From NCBI GenBank assembly GCA_964016885.1, contig OZ024752.1, positions 22,196,001 to 22,260,000 of the forward strand: 64,000 nucleotides of DNA, in the 5' to 3' direction. Shown piece by piece: positions 52,382 to 64,000 of the stretch (positions within the stretch are counted from its first letter, which is position 1; every line of letters begins with the position of its first letter). A model generated the notes under the pieces. That model ran no database searches. It was not told the DNA's origin and was given only the letters and a program-made list of their open reading frames with translations. This DNA comes from Eledone cirrhosa (Eukaryota). The position numbers and the translations under genes were made by a program.

Positions 52382-55368
52382 TAACAGCAAATATCCAGGG
52401 TCTTTATCCGAAAACAAAACAGTGTAAAGTCCCTTTCTTGGAAGAATTAGCAACAGAAAACAACTCCAAAATAATTGGAATTACTGAAAGTCATCTCAAC
52501 GAAAACATCCGCAACAGCGAAATCTCAATCAATGGATTCAACATCTTCAGATGTGATAGAAAAGGCAGATCCCATGGGGGCGTTATCATGTATATCCATG
52601 ATACCTATGCATGCAGAGAACTTGTCAATGAATCAAATGCCTACTGCAACCTGCTGTGCATAAAAATCATCCAACTTAATACAGTTGTAACAATAATGTA
52701 CAGACCGCCAAACAGCCCAACATTATCCTTCACTGAGCCACTGACAAAGCTCCAACAAATTCTGGGAAACATGGCGAGTCCAATGCCAGACATTATCCTC
52801 CTTGGTGACTTCAACTTCCCTAACATCATCTGGCCACATGGACACATACTAAAACTGGGGACAAAAGCTGAACAAATACAGGCAGCCAAACTGTTGGAAG
52901 TCACAGAGAAATTATACCTCAAACAAATGATGACAGAAGCAACTAGAAATAATAATACGATCGACTTGGTTTTCACCAACAACGAGGACACGCTATTTGA
53001 CCTTCACTCAACCCCAACAATCCTTTCAGACCACAATATTATTGAAATGCATTTACACATTGGTAATGAGCCCAATGCCACAACTCTTAAACAAAAGGAC
53101 ATGCCAAAGCTATGCAGGTATGATTATCACCAGGCAAATTGGGAAACTATTAACAACCAGTTACAAATCATTGACTGGGATCTCTACCTTACTGGGCCAG
53201 ATAAACACAATAAATTCTTAAACAAGATCGAAGAAATATGTGCAAAAAATATTCCTCTTAAGAAAACCAAATCCACAAAAAAACCTGTACCACGGGAGCG
53301 AAAGATCCTGATGCGCAAAAGGTCAAGACTAAGAAACAAAACATCTAAGCTGACATCAAAACATGAACTACAGAAAGTCCTTGACCAAATATACAGATTA
53401 GAAGACAATCTAAAACAACACTATGATGAAGAACGTAACAATGCAGAAAAGAGAGCCATAGAAAACATCAAGAAAAATCCAAAATGTTTCTACAGTTTTG
53501 CAAAGAAATACTCGAATACCAAGTCAACAATAGGACCTCTCCAGAGACAAAATGGGGATGTAGTGAATAACCCTATTGAAATGGCAGAAATGTTGGGTCA
53601 ACAGTATGAAAGTGTCTTCAGTGAGCCATCTAAAACCATGAAGATCCATGACCCAGGAGAATTCTTCAAGGATATCGACCATACTAAACCTACCCTATCC
53701 GACATTGATTTCAACCCAGAAGACATATAAAGAGCCATAGACAAGCTCTCCATGCACTCGGCTGCGGGGCCTGATGGTTTCAATGCCATGATACTTAAAA
53801 ACTGCAAGGTACAATTGTTGAAACCCCTTTACATGATATGGAAGGAATCTATGGAGAATGGCAAAATACGAAATACATATAAAGAAGCACACATAACTCC
53901 AATACATAAAGGCGACAGCAAATCAAAACCAAAGAACTACCGACCAATCTCACTGACATCACACATTATCAAGGTCTTTGAAAGAATAGTTCGTGGAAAA
54001 CTGGTTGAGTTCCTGGAATCCAACAATCTGATGAATTGCAATCAGCATGGATTCAGGTTAGGTAGATCATGTCTTTCCCAACTACTGGCACACCATGACC
54101 AAATCCTAGAAAATCTAGAGAATGGATACAACACAGATGTTATTTACCTCGACTTTGCCAAGGCATTTGACAAGGTAGATCATGGCATCCTGGGACACAA
54201 ACTTCGAAAGCTAGGAGTAGGAGGAAAAGTTGGTACATGGATACATGAGTTCCTTACAAATAGAACTCAAACAGTCACTGTGAATAGAACCCATTCAACA
54301 CCATCACCTGTGACCAGCAGTGTTCCTCAGGGTACAGTACTCGACCCGATCCTGTTTCTCATCCTCATCTCTGATATAGATGAAGATACAACCAGCAACG
54401 TCTCATCATTTGCTGGTGACACCAGGGTCATGAGACAAATCAAAGACGAGGTGGATACAGAGGCCTTACAAAAGGACCTAACCACCATATACAAATGGCA
54501 GGAAACAAACAACATGTTGTTCAATGATGAGAAGTTTGAACTAATTCGCTACGGAACAGATCAAGATCTGAAAAATACAACAAACTACAGAAACCCATCA
54601 GGACAACAAATAATGGAAAAACAGTGTGTGAAAGATTTAGGCATCCACATGGGAACCAGCCTAAAATTCAGAGAACACCTTGACTCAGTCTGTCTTACTG
54701 CAAGAAAGTACAGCGGGTGGATCTTGCGCACCTTCAAATCAAGAGATACCTCAACAATGAAAACCCTCTGGAACAGTATGATACTTCCGAGGATTGACTA
54801 CTGTTCTCAGTTGTGGTCACCAACAACAAAGGGCCAACTATCTAAGATGGAATCGCTCCAAAGAAATTTTACCTCATACTTCTCAGAAACGAGGGACCTG
54901 GACTATTGGTAAAGACTCAAAACCTTGAAGATGTACCCAATAGAAAGAAGATTTGAGCGATACCGAATTATATACATTTGGAAAATGATAGAGCAAAAGG
55001 TGCCAAACTTTGGTATCAAAACCTACCACTCACTGCGCCACGGAAGACGCTGCCAGCTACCATCAATCAACAAAAGGGCTGGCCAGGCAGCAAAAACCCT
55101 GCGAGAGTCAAGTCTGTTGGTTAGAGGGGCACAACTATTCAACTCCATTCCGGTACATGTCAGAAATCTATCAGGATGCAGTGTGGAATCATTCAAATTG
55201 CAGCTGGATAGATACTTAAACACCATTAGAGATGAACCCCATCTCCCAGGATATACACAACGAGCACAAACTGACTCAAACTCGCTCCTACACATGTCAA
55301 AATTAAACAGAGAATCCAACCTGGCAACCACACCAGACTCTGAGGGTGGAGTCTTCGACTTGGCCTGA
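52162..55368 (+). pseudogene. LINE ORF2 (APE endonuclease plus RT) with two in-frame stops and catalytic substitutions
   Basis: NIQGL, ITESHL, YRPP, LGDFNFP, SDH, NYRPISLTS, QHGFR and YLDFAKAFDKV motifs. VPQGTVLDP and FAGDTR (normally FADD) are altered. TAA at 53728 and 54910, with one reading frame throughout. Confidence 0.92.
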
Positions 55369-55538
55369 GCATGGACTCAAACTCAAATGAAATGAAATGA
55401 AATATATATATAAATGAAAGGTATAGAAATTGTTTTAGCGAGAAGCTAATAGTATTCTATAACATATATATATATAGAACAACCCATATATATATATATC
55501 ATCATCATCGTTTAACGTCTATCTTCCACGCTACTATA

Positions 55539-55601
<63 letters not shown>

Positions 55602-56120
55602 TTACCTAGACTGCGATTATCTGTTTCTCTCTTTCTCTCTTACTGCTCCCCCGTTCTCTCTGTTTCTCTTACCTTCTTTCGCCCCCTCTGTCAGTTACAC
55701 TTTCTCTCGACTGACCTCTTCCTCGCACTTCCACTCACTCACTCTCTGTTTCTCCCCTTCTCACTTCCTCCCGTTCGTTGGTAGTGGGGTTCCTTCTTTC
55801 TCACACCTCATTCACGGCGTACGGTCTGTTTTTCTGACCGCCCATGAAATTCACCCAGCTTATGGTGACCGGATAACCATCATGTTGCTTGCTGTTTTCC
55901 GATATTCGGTTTGCTTTTCCTTCTTGTTGTTTACTTGTCTCACTCGCTTTACGCGATTCACTTGTCCCAATAGCTTATTTTAGTTATTGCTCGCACCAAC
56001 CTGAGGTATCTGATTTTTAATGCGATGAAATACCAATGATGGTTGTCAAATCACTGATGAGGGAGTAATTTTATAATATGTAACCCATGTGCAACCACGC
56101 AGTATTCCTCTTCCCTTGTT

Positions 56121-56169
<49 letters not shown>

Positions 56170-56175
<6 letters not shown>

Positions 56176-59100
56176 AACAATGAAGAGTAACATGGTTGGC
56201 TGTACAATAGGGGGCTTTATTTCAAGTACTGACAATTATTTCATTGATCAGGTGAGTCTAGAGGTCGCTAATCGCTTGAAGTTACGTCACTCGATCTCCA
56301 ATACATTATTTACCTTTGGTCAACACATCAGAGTGCGTAGATATAAAAATAATTCACTCGAGGCAAGATATATATAGAAGAATAGCATATAATCAAAACA
56401 ATAACATCAATAATAAAATATATATGGTAAATAGGTAGAGAAGTTACAGACGTAAAAAGTAAAAGATAAGATAGGATACATTAAAAAAGTAAGAAAATAA
56501 GAAAATGGAAAATATAAATAAATAAATAATAATAAGTGAGAGTATGTAAGTACAGAGTATGTTTGTGGTGGTGAGTAAGTGTTCTTATAAGGATTCTTTG
56601 GTGGGTTTAGTGCTAAGATAAAAAACCAGATTCGAAACATACATAGATACGTGTAGAGAGTCCGATGTAGTGACAGATAAAAGAAAAAGAAAAAGCAATA
56701 AATTAGAGATTAATTGGGGGATATAAGTATGAGATTTAAGGGCTAGGGGTGGATTGTGAAGGGAGGTTTGACAAACGTGTGTTGTAAATGTTTTGCTGAT
56801 TGTTTTATCTTAATGGGCTTGATGCTGTTTCAGGAAATTAATCTCTAATTTATTGCTTTTTCTTTTTCTTTTATCTGCCACTACATCGGACTCTCTACAC
56901 GTATCTATGTATGTTTAGAATTATTTTTATATCTACGCACTCTGATGTGTTGACCAGAGGTAAAAAATGTATTGGAGATCGAGTGACGCAACTTCAAGCG
57001 ATTAGCGACCTCTAGACTCACCTGATCAATGAAACAATTGTCAGTACTTGAAATAAAGCCCCTTATTGTACAGCCAACCATGTTACTCTTCATTCTTTCA
57101 CTATTATTACACCAAGTTTAACCTGCATAGGAATTACCGCGAACTCGCTGCTAACTATGGAAACCTCTTGTTGAGTTAAACAAAGCCGAACGTTAAAACT
57201 ATCCACAATACAGAGTACTCATAACCTCTAACTGGATTACCTATAACGATAACTTGTTATCCCATATATCCAGCTCCCACTAGGTTGAGCAACAACCTTA
57301 ATGCACGGCACTAACAGGGAAAAGCACCACATAGGCATGTCACTGAAAAACATACCTATACCTACACACTCGGCATGATACAGCGTACTAATGACTTCAT
57401 CCGTCGAATCCGGTGGAAGGCCTATCATTACGATAAAGGACACGCTAATAACACGGAGGAATTTACTAGGGAAAAATACGGATTCAAATCCTGCAAAAAT
57501 CCACCGAATAACCCCCAGCTCGATGCCTTCGAACTCGACCTCATGAACATGATAAGTGGAACCAAATTTAAAAAACGGACTCATCACAACAAACTGCAAA
57601 ACGACATCATTGCACTACTAAAAAAAACTACGCAACACCAACGGTATTATAGTAAAAGCAGACAAAACATCAAACGTATACACCATGAGCCTTAACACAT
57701 ACAATAACTTTATACGCCGTGAACTGTACAAAAAATACAAAAAAACTACAGAATCTACACTCACTAGCATTAATAAGGAAGGACTTAGCATATTAAAAAA
57801 ACTGAAAATATCTGATAGAACCGAGCCTCTAACCCCTTGTAACCCCACATTTAACCTAAACGTTCACAAAAATTATTTCGAAATAGACTCCACAATCAGA
57901 TTAATATGCCCATCGAAGTCGGATAGAGGTAGAATTAGCAAGATATACTAGATAGAGTAATCGCACAAATTAAGGACAAACTAGTAATTAAGCTATGGGG
58001 TAACACTAACGAACCAATACAGTTCGACCCCCGATCCATAATTAACTCCATAGCACATAGTATATCCCTCAGAATATCCCGCCTATCTTCGAACCTAGAA
58101 ATTTTTAACGAACACGGTAACTATTATAACATAGCATTACATAAGGCTGGACATAAGGAGAAGCTGGGATACATTCTAGATAGAGACAGCAGCAACAAAC
58201 CTAACGACAATAACACTACCCGCTCATATAGAAATAACAAGCATAGGACTAAGCATAGAATTAGACAACGAGCACCAAAAATAACTGAACCGAACACTAA
58301 TATAAGGACCCCTCCCCCCAAAAAAAAACTATAGAAGATCCAGAGATAGAAAATACCTATGGTTCAATCCGATATTCAACTCCTCTATAAAAACTAAACT
58401 ACCTTCTACATTCTTTAAACTAATAGACAAGCACTTCCCTACACTACACAAATACCATAGAATCTTTAATAGAAAAACTATAAAACTATCATACTCTACT
58501 GCAGCCAACATAGAATCACACATACGTAAAATCGACCACAAAAATATCTCTAACGAAATTAACCTGCCAACATACACCATGGCACCAATTACAAAATGCA
58601 AACAAATAACAACATCACAACCACAAAAACATCAGAGCGCATCACAACAAAATATTAATAGGCCTAAATCGCAACCCACCCACAACAACTTACAAAACTG
58701 AAACGGAGAATCTGCACACAGAAAAACCGCAAATTGTAATTGCCACCTACCGGATAAGTGCCCACTACAAAATAGATGCCTGGATTCGAGTATGGTGTAC
58801 CTGTGTACTGTAAATTCAGGCCACTCTACTTGGCACTACATAGGTTCCACGGCTGGGGAGTACAAGAAAAGGTGGTACGTCCACAGACACTCCATGAAGA
58901 ACCGTAGACTGGAGAACTCTACGATGCTCGCCAATAAAATCTGGCAGCTTAAAAACAAAAACCAAGAATATAAGATTAGCTGGTCAAAATTATCGGTAGC
59001 AAGGGCCTACAGCAACGGAATGTCCCATTGCGGACTTTGTAATTTAGAACTACTCCATATTTTAAGGTTCGATGGGATTCTGCTTAAAAGCAAAATAGAA

Positions 59101-60050
59101 AGATCAATTTTCTGTAGGCATAAAATAGCTACCAGATTCACAAACTTCAAACCACCATGATTTGAACCAGCAATCCCAAAATTAGAACTGAACCACCTAG
59201 ATTTTAGCATTTAGAATGCACACTATCACACTGCTATTAGCTGTCAAACATTTACATCAGCAAAACATTTACAACACACGTTTGTCAAACCTCCCTTCAC
59301 AATCCACCCCTAGCCCTTAAATCTCATACTTGTATCCCCCAATTAATCTCTAATTTATTGCTTTTTCTTTTTCTTTTATCTGTCACTACATCGGACTCTC
59401 TACACGTATCTATGTATGTTTCGAATCTGGTTTTTTATCTTAGCACTAAACCCACCAAAGAATCCTTATAAGAACACTTACTCACCACCACAAACATACT
59501 CTGTACTTACATACTCTCACTTATTATTATTTATTTATTTATATTTTCCATTTTCTTATTTTCTTACTTTTTTAATGTATCCTATCTTATCTTTTACTTT
59601 TTACGTCTGTAACTTCTCTACCTATTTACAATATATATTTTATTATTGATGTTATTGTTTTGATTATATGCTATTCTTCTATATATATCTTGCCTCGAGT
59701 GAATTATTTTTATATCTACGCACTCTGATGTGTTGACCAGAGGTAAATAATGTATTGCAGATCGAGTGACGCAACTTCAAGCGATTAGCGACCTCTAGAC
59801 TCACCTGATCAATGAAACAATTGTCAGTACTTGAAATAAAGCCCCTTATTGTACAGCCAACCATGTTACTCTTCATTCTTTCACTATTATTACATCAAGT
59901 TTAACCTGCATAGGAATTACCGCGAACTCGCTGCTAACTATGGAAACCTCTTGTTGAGTCAAACAAAGCCGAACGTTAAAACTATCCACAATACAGAGTA
60001 CTCACAACCTCTAACTGGATTACCTATAACGATAACTTGTTATCCCATAT
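56170..60050 (+). mobile_element. Penelope-like element with inverted plus direct pseudo-LTRs and deleted RT core
   Basis: 56170-56800 is the reverse complement of 59256-59887. 56836-57266 directly repeats 59341-60050 with an internal deletion. ORF remnants: SLKNIP, FIRRIRWKA, KADKT, RLICPSKSDRGRISK, CNC..CPL..C, VYLC...YIGST and CGLCNLE..CRH. Confidence 0.92.
59720..59830 (+). ncRNA. Hammerhead-like motif with CUGAUGU core and long stem II (also 56937-57047 on + and 56226-56336 on -)
   Basis: GCACT-CTGATGT-GTTGACCAG...CTGATCAAT-GAA-ACAATTGT-C-AGTAC, with a palindromic stem III and GUC triplet. Confidence 0.55.
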
Positions 60051-60080
60051 ATATAGAACAACTCATATATATATATATAT

Positions 60081-60250
60081 CATCATCATCTAACGTCCAT
60101 CTTCCACGCTAGCATAGGTTAGACGGTTTTGTTCCATTTGATGCGGGAATGGTCGGGAGACCATGTCTCGCTCTCACAGAAGTATCTCTGGCAGGTTTTT
60201 TACAGCTGGATGCCCTTCCTAACACAAACCACATTTACAGTGTGGACTGT
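60081..60250 (-). mobile_element. 3' part of an RTE-tailed SINE or non-autonomous element
   Basis: Reverse complement has TTAGGAAGGGCATCCAGCTGTAAAA and GGACGTTAGATGATGATG, as in 44941-45274. Confidence 0.65.
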
Positions 60251-60339
60251 TGTGTCATCGACACAGTGGATGGAACGGGAGATAGAGGATGGAGTAGGGT
60301 GTGGAAGTGGGGTGTACATTGAGTTAAGAGGTGCCTACT

Positions 60340-61741
60340 GACTGTAGGTTCGTATGTAATGGTAGTCAGGTCTTCTGTACAACTGCATGGTGCCAAAGGT
60401 CTCAATCTAATATCATTGTCTTAGAGAGGTGTAGGTGGGTAAGGTCAGTTTTTATCACCCCGTCCCAGGTTTTTCTGGGTCTACCCACTCCGCAGCTTCC
60501 ACCAATTTTCATTGCCCTGTACTTTTTTGTACAGCTGTTGTCCTTCATACGCATCACATGTCTATACCAACGCAACCTCCTCTCCAGAACACAACATTTG
60601 ATACCTCTTATACTTAGTCTTCCTCTTAGTTCGTTTATGCTTCACCTTTCGCGCACATTACTATTACACATCCATCAGAGCATGCAAGCTTCATTTCTTT
60701 TCAATCTACGCAGGTCTTCAGCACACAATGCCCAAGTCTCACTACCATGAAATACCACCGTTCGTATACATGCATCATACAATCTGCCTTTAATTTTTAG
60801 AGAAAAACCGCTTGTGGCCAACAGCGGTTTTAGCTCTCTGAACTTTTTCCATCCCGTTCTAATTCTGGTTACTACACTTTCAGAGCAACCTCCACCACTG
60901 CTTATTTTGTCGCCCAGGTAACGGAAGGTGTCTACTATTTCTATAGAACCATCTGGGCAGTTGAAGGAGATATTATCCGGTGGGTCCTTGCTACTTATTG
61001 CACCTGAGCATCGGCCACATATAAAATCTACATTCTTAGATAGCTTATCTCTGACCCCACTACATATTTTATGTACCCATAGTTTGCATTTGGGACATAG
61101 AATGGAGTTTCTGCCTACTCCTTTCTTACACACTGAGCATGACCATTTCCCAGAGGGTATCTGTGCCCTATTCTCCTTTCTACATACTAGAACCTTAGTC
61201 TTAGAGAAGTTGACTCTAAGGCCTTTTGATTCAAGGCCATGCTTCCATGTTTGGAACTTCCTCACTAGTTCAGCCATAGATTCAGCTATGAGAGTCATCT
61301 GTATATAGAAGTTCCCATGGGCAGCCAGTCTTAAAACCCTCTGTTATAGCCTCTAGGATGATAATAAACAGGAGGGGGCTAAGAACGGAGCCCTGATGAA
61401 CCCCTACCATTACGCTAAATTCATCACTATATCCTTTGTTAATTCTAATCTTGCTGACTGTTCCTCAATACATGGCTTGTATAGCTCTCACAAGCCATTC
61501 TTCCACTCCTAGTTTTCTAAGAGCCCATCAGATTAAGGTGCGTGGGACTTTGTCAAAGGCCTTCTACAGGTCAACAAAAGCTAAGTAGAGAGGTTTACTG
61601 TTAGCCAGGTACATCTCCTGCAATTGCTGTACAAGGAAAAAAGCATCCGTGGTACTTTTACCTGGCAAAACCCAAACTGCATTTCATCTAGATCAATTTG
61701 GTCTCTAATCAGTTGAGTAATAACTCTTTCTGTGACTTTCT
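60340..61741 (-). mobile_element. 5'-truncated RTE LINE, related to 45351-47402
   Basis: LAFVDL*KAFDKVP, GVHQGSVLSPLLF, ESKGLRVNFSKTK, CSVC..C..C..WVH..C..C..C and FRYLGD motifs, with frameshifts. Confidence 0.9.
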
Positions 61742-62270
61742 GTGATACCCAGAAACATTAGTGCCTGCAGATCTGTTTACTTGTCAACACAAGAGCAAGA
61801 ATGAGGGGCTCATTCTACTGACATGGCTTTAAAAATGAGGCTTGTTTGCATAATTGCAAACGAATCGAATATTATTATTAATATTCGAAAAACTCAGATT
61901 ATATTAATTGTATTCAGCCATGTAGAGCGAAATTTTTATTTTTTTAAATTTGAATGTGGCAAAGCCGGTCATTGATCGCTTGTATACAGGAAACTGACTG
62001 GCCAGTCTGCTGATATGCAAATCTGGCTGATCAGTGGATCTGCTAATATGCAAACCAAACCGATCAGTCACTGTATATTTTAGAACATAGCATATATTTT
62101 CACTAGCCCTGACAGTTGGCAGGTGAACAGTGAGCTGTACTGATGAAGGGTGATACCCAGAAACATTAGTGTCTGCAGTTCTGTTTGCATGTCAACACAA
62201 GAGCAAGAATGAGGGGTTCATTCTACTGACATGGCTGACAAAGGCTTGTTTTCATAATTGCAAACGAATG
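61742..62270 (+). mobile_element. Retrozyme-like repeat, about 1.3 tandem monomers (408-bp period)
   Basis: TGATACCCAGAAACATTAGTG...GCAAACGAAT at 61743 and 62151; non-coding; hammerhead at the monomer junction. Confidence 0.75.
62123..62188 (+). ncRNA. Type I hammerhead ribozyme with intact core and GUC triplet
   Basis: GTGAACAG-TG-AGCTGTA-CTGATGA-A-GGGT GAT ACCC-A-GAA-ACA TTAG TGT-C-TGCAGTT-CTGTTTGC. Predicted cleavage after 62173. Confidence 0.8.
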
Positions 62271-62745
62271 GTGAATAAATAGCCGAACTTGTCAAGGGGG
62301 TATTCCTTATATGGGAAGATTGTAGTTGTCAAGAGGATTGGTTAAAATTTGTTGTAAACACAAATAAGTCTATTGTGGCATTTGGTGGGAGGTAGGGGTG
62401 GCTGAACTTGCTTGTAGAACAGTAGGGGAGTGAGTGGAGCGGTCAAGCGTTGAAGTTGATATGTATACAGCAGATTCTAAGGATAGTGTATGAAGTGGAG
62501 TAGTGAGGTTATAGAATAGGTAAATCGAAAGGGAGTAGGAGACAATAAAACATAATAGAAAGAAATAAAAAAATATATAAAATTAGATAGTGAGATATGA
62601 ATAAAAAAATTCACAATGCTATCTTACAATTACAGGTTAATAAGTTGAGAATAGAAAAAACTTGTAGAATGAGTAGTAACAAAACTGATACAATATTAAA
62701 GGGGTTTTAACACATCTGCTATAAGTAGTTAGTAAAACGTATTCG

Positions 62746-63092
62746 GAGAGGGAGAAAATTAACCGATACCAGGATTTAAAATGGGAGGTAAAAAGGATTT
62801 GGAACTGCCATGAAGTGAAAGTGGTCCCGATTGTCATAAGCGCACTAGGTACTATCTCAAAAAGTTTCCAGGGATGGTTAAAGAAAATTGGCCCCGCCCC
62901 GCTTTTTGGAACACTTCAAAAGGCATGCTTGCTGGGAACAGCAAGAACCCTCCGATATGTCCTGAATATCTGAGGCTGCAGGTAGCAGCTTGATATTCAT
63001 TTCAACAAACTTTCCAGTTAAATAACATCAATGACTGAGACTCAAAGAACAACAACAACAACAACAACAACAATAATAATAATAATAATAAT
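62746..63092 (+). mobile_element. 3' fragment of an R4/Dong-like (RLE-type) LINE with (AAC)n(AAT)n tail
   Basis: EKINRYQDLKWEVKRIW...VVPIVISALG...LQKACLLGTARTLRYVL*, stop at 62971-73. Confidence 0.82.
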
Positions 63093-64000
63093 GATTTCTT
63101 TATTAACCACAAGGGTTTACATAAAGTAGACATTAAGGACAGTACAGGACAATACAGGGTGGTACAAATGGGCATTTCTGCGTGTAAAAAAAACAAGAAA
63201 CAGAGGATGTAATAATAGAACAATGAAAACATTCCCCAATAGGGGGGAGACTTCCGAGGGACATTGGTGGAGAAAGCCCATTAAAAAGCCACAGTTACCC
63301 TTACCACCAAGGCAAGTGCCCTCTCCCAGTTTTCCACCTTTAATTTACAGACACATACTCAGGGCCATTCTTGCCTCTCTGACCCATCTTTCAACAAAAT
63401 GCTGGGAAGATTCCTTTTCAAATGAAATTTGAAAAAGTTAATCAGAGCATCACCGAAGAGGTAAGTTCTCGTCTTCAGCCCTTTCAAACGTGTCCACCAT
63501 ACTATCTCTTTCGCCATGGCCACCAGACAGATAAAAACTGCCTGCCCTTCCCGGCTAAAGGAAGAGGGCCGGCCACTCCTCACGATGGACTCAGCTGATA
63601 GCTGGATACGTCCCACACGCGACAGCAGGTGATCGACATAAACCCACAAGTCAGCAATGCTCTGACACTGGACGAGTGCGTGCAGGACGGTTTCGTCGCC
63701 CTGCACGCATCTCGGACATGCCCGGCTGACAGCACCTCCATGCCTGTAGAGTTTATCCCGAACTGGCAAAGCTCCTCGGTAGCACTGCCAGGCCAGGGAT
63801 TTCTGGAAGTTGTCCATAGGCCCCGGCCCGAAAGTCCTTCCGAAGAGTTTGGCTAGTTGATTTTCGTCGACGCCTAGAGTTTCTCCAAGTACATCGTCGC
63901 TCTTCCCCTCCACTAATATTCTATAGAACGCCAAGGTGGAGTTTCCACCGATCACATTGCCCGATTGGTCGAGGGCTGTGAGCGCCTGAAGACATTCCAG
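63093..64000 (-). mobile_element. 3' part of an L1/Tx1-clade LINE (zf-RVT region), continuing beyond the window
   Basis: LAWQCYRGALPVRDKL...CPRC...ETVLHALVQC CCHC finger; AATAAA before the (ATT)n tract. Confidence 0.8.

Larger units (their letters stand above)
50941..55403 (+). mobile_element. Near full-length CR1-like LINE flanked by (TA)n, with (AAATG)n tail
   Basis: ORF1 plus APE-RT ORF2 and a short 3' UTR ending AAATGAAATGAAATGAAAT. Confidence 0.93.

Overview
AT-rich, intron-containing eukaryotic DNA. The SINE families, microsatellites and LINE set look cephalopod/octopus-like, but that is an inference. The only host gene is a canopy (CNPY3/4-type) ER protein on the + strand: six GT-AG coding exons from 16613 to 31025, ending in KTEL, with the signal-peptide exon upstream of the window. 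Four tandem arrays (41, 42, 18 and 36/34 bp units) account for the long spurious ORFs. The gene's introns carry a decayed pogo/POGK-like transposon, MITEs, SINEs and a probable solo LTR. From about 41 kb to the end is a dense pile of retroelements at (TA)n tracts: Penelope-like elements (PLEs), RTE, a near full-length CR1-like LINE, and R4/Dong-like and L1/Tx1-like ends. The two strongest observations are (i) a cluster of type I hammerhead-ribozyme motifs, including a roughly 408-bp retrozyme-like repeat and core variants, and (ii) a U_UUU_UUA slippery site that would join ORF1 of the CR1-like LINE to its ATG-less ORF2 by -1 ribosomal frameshifting.
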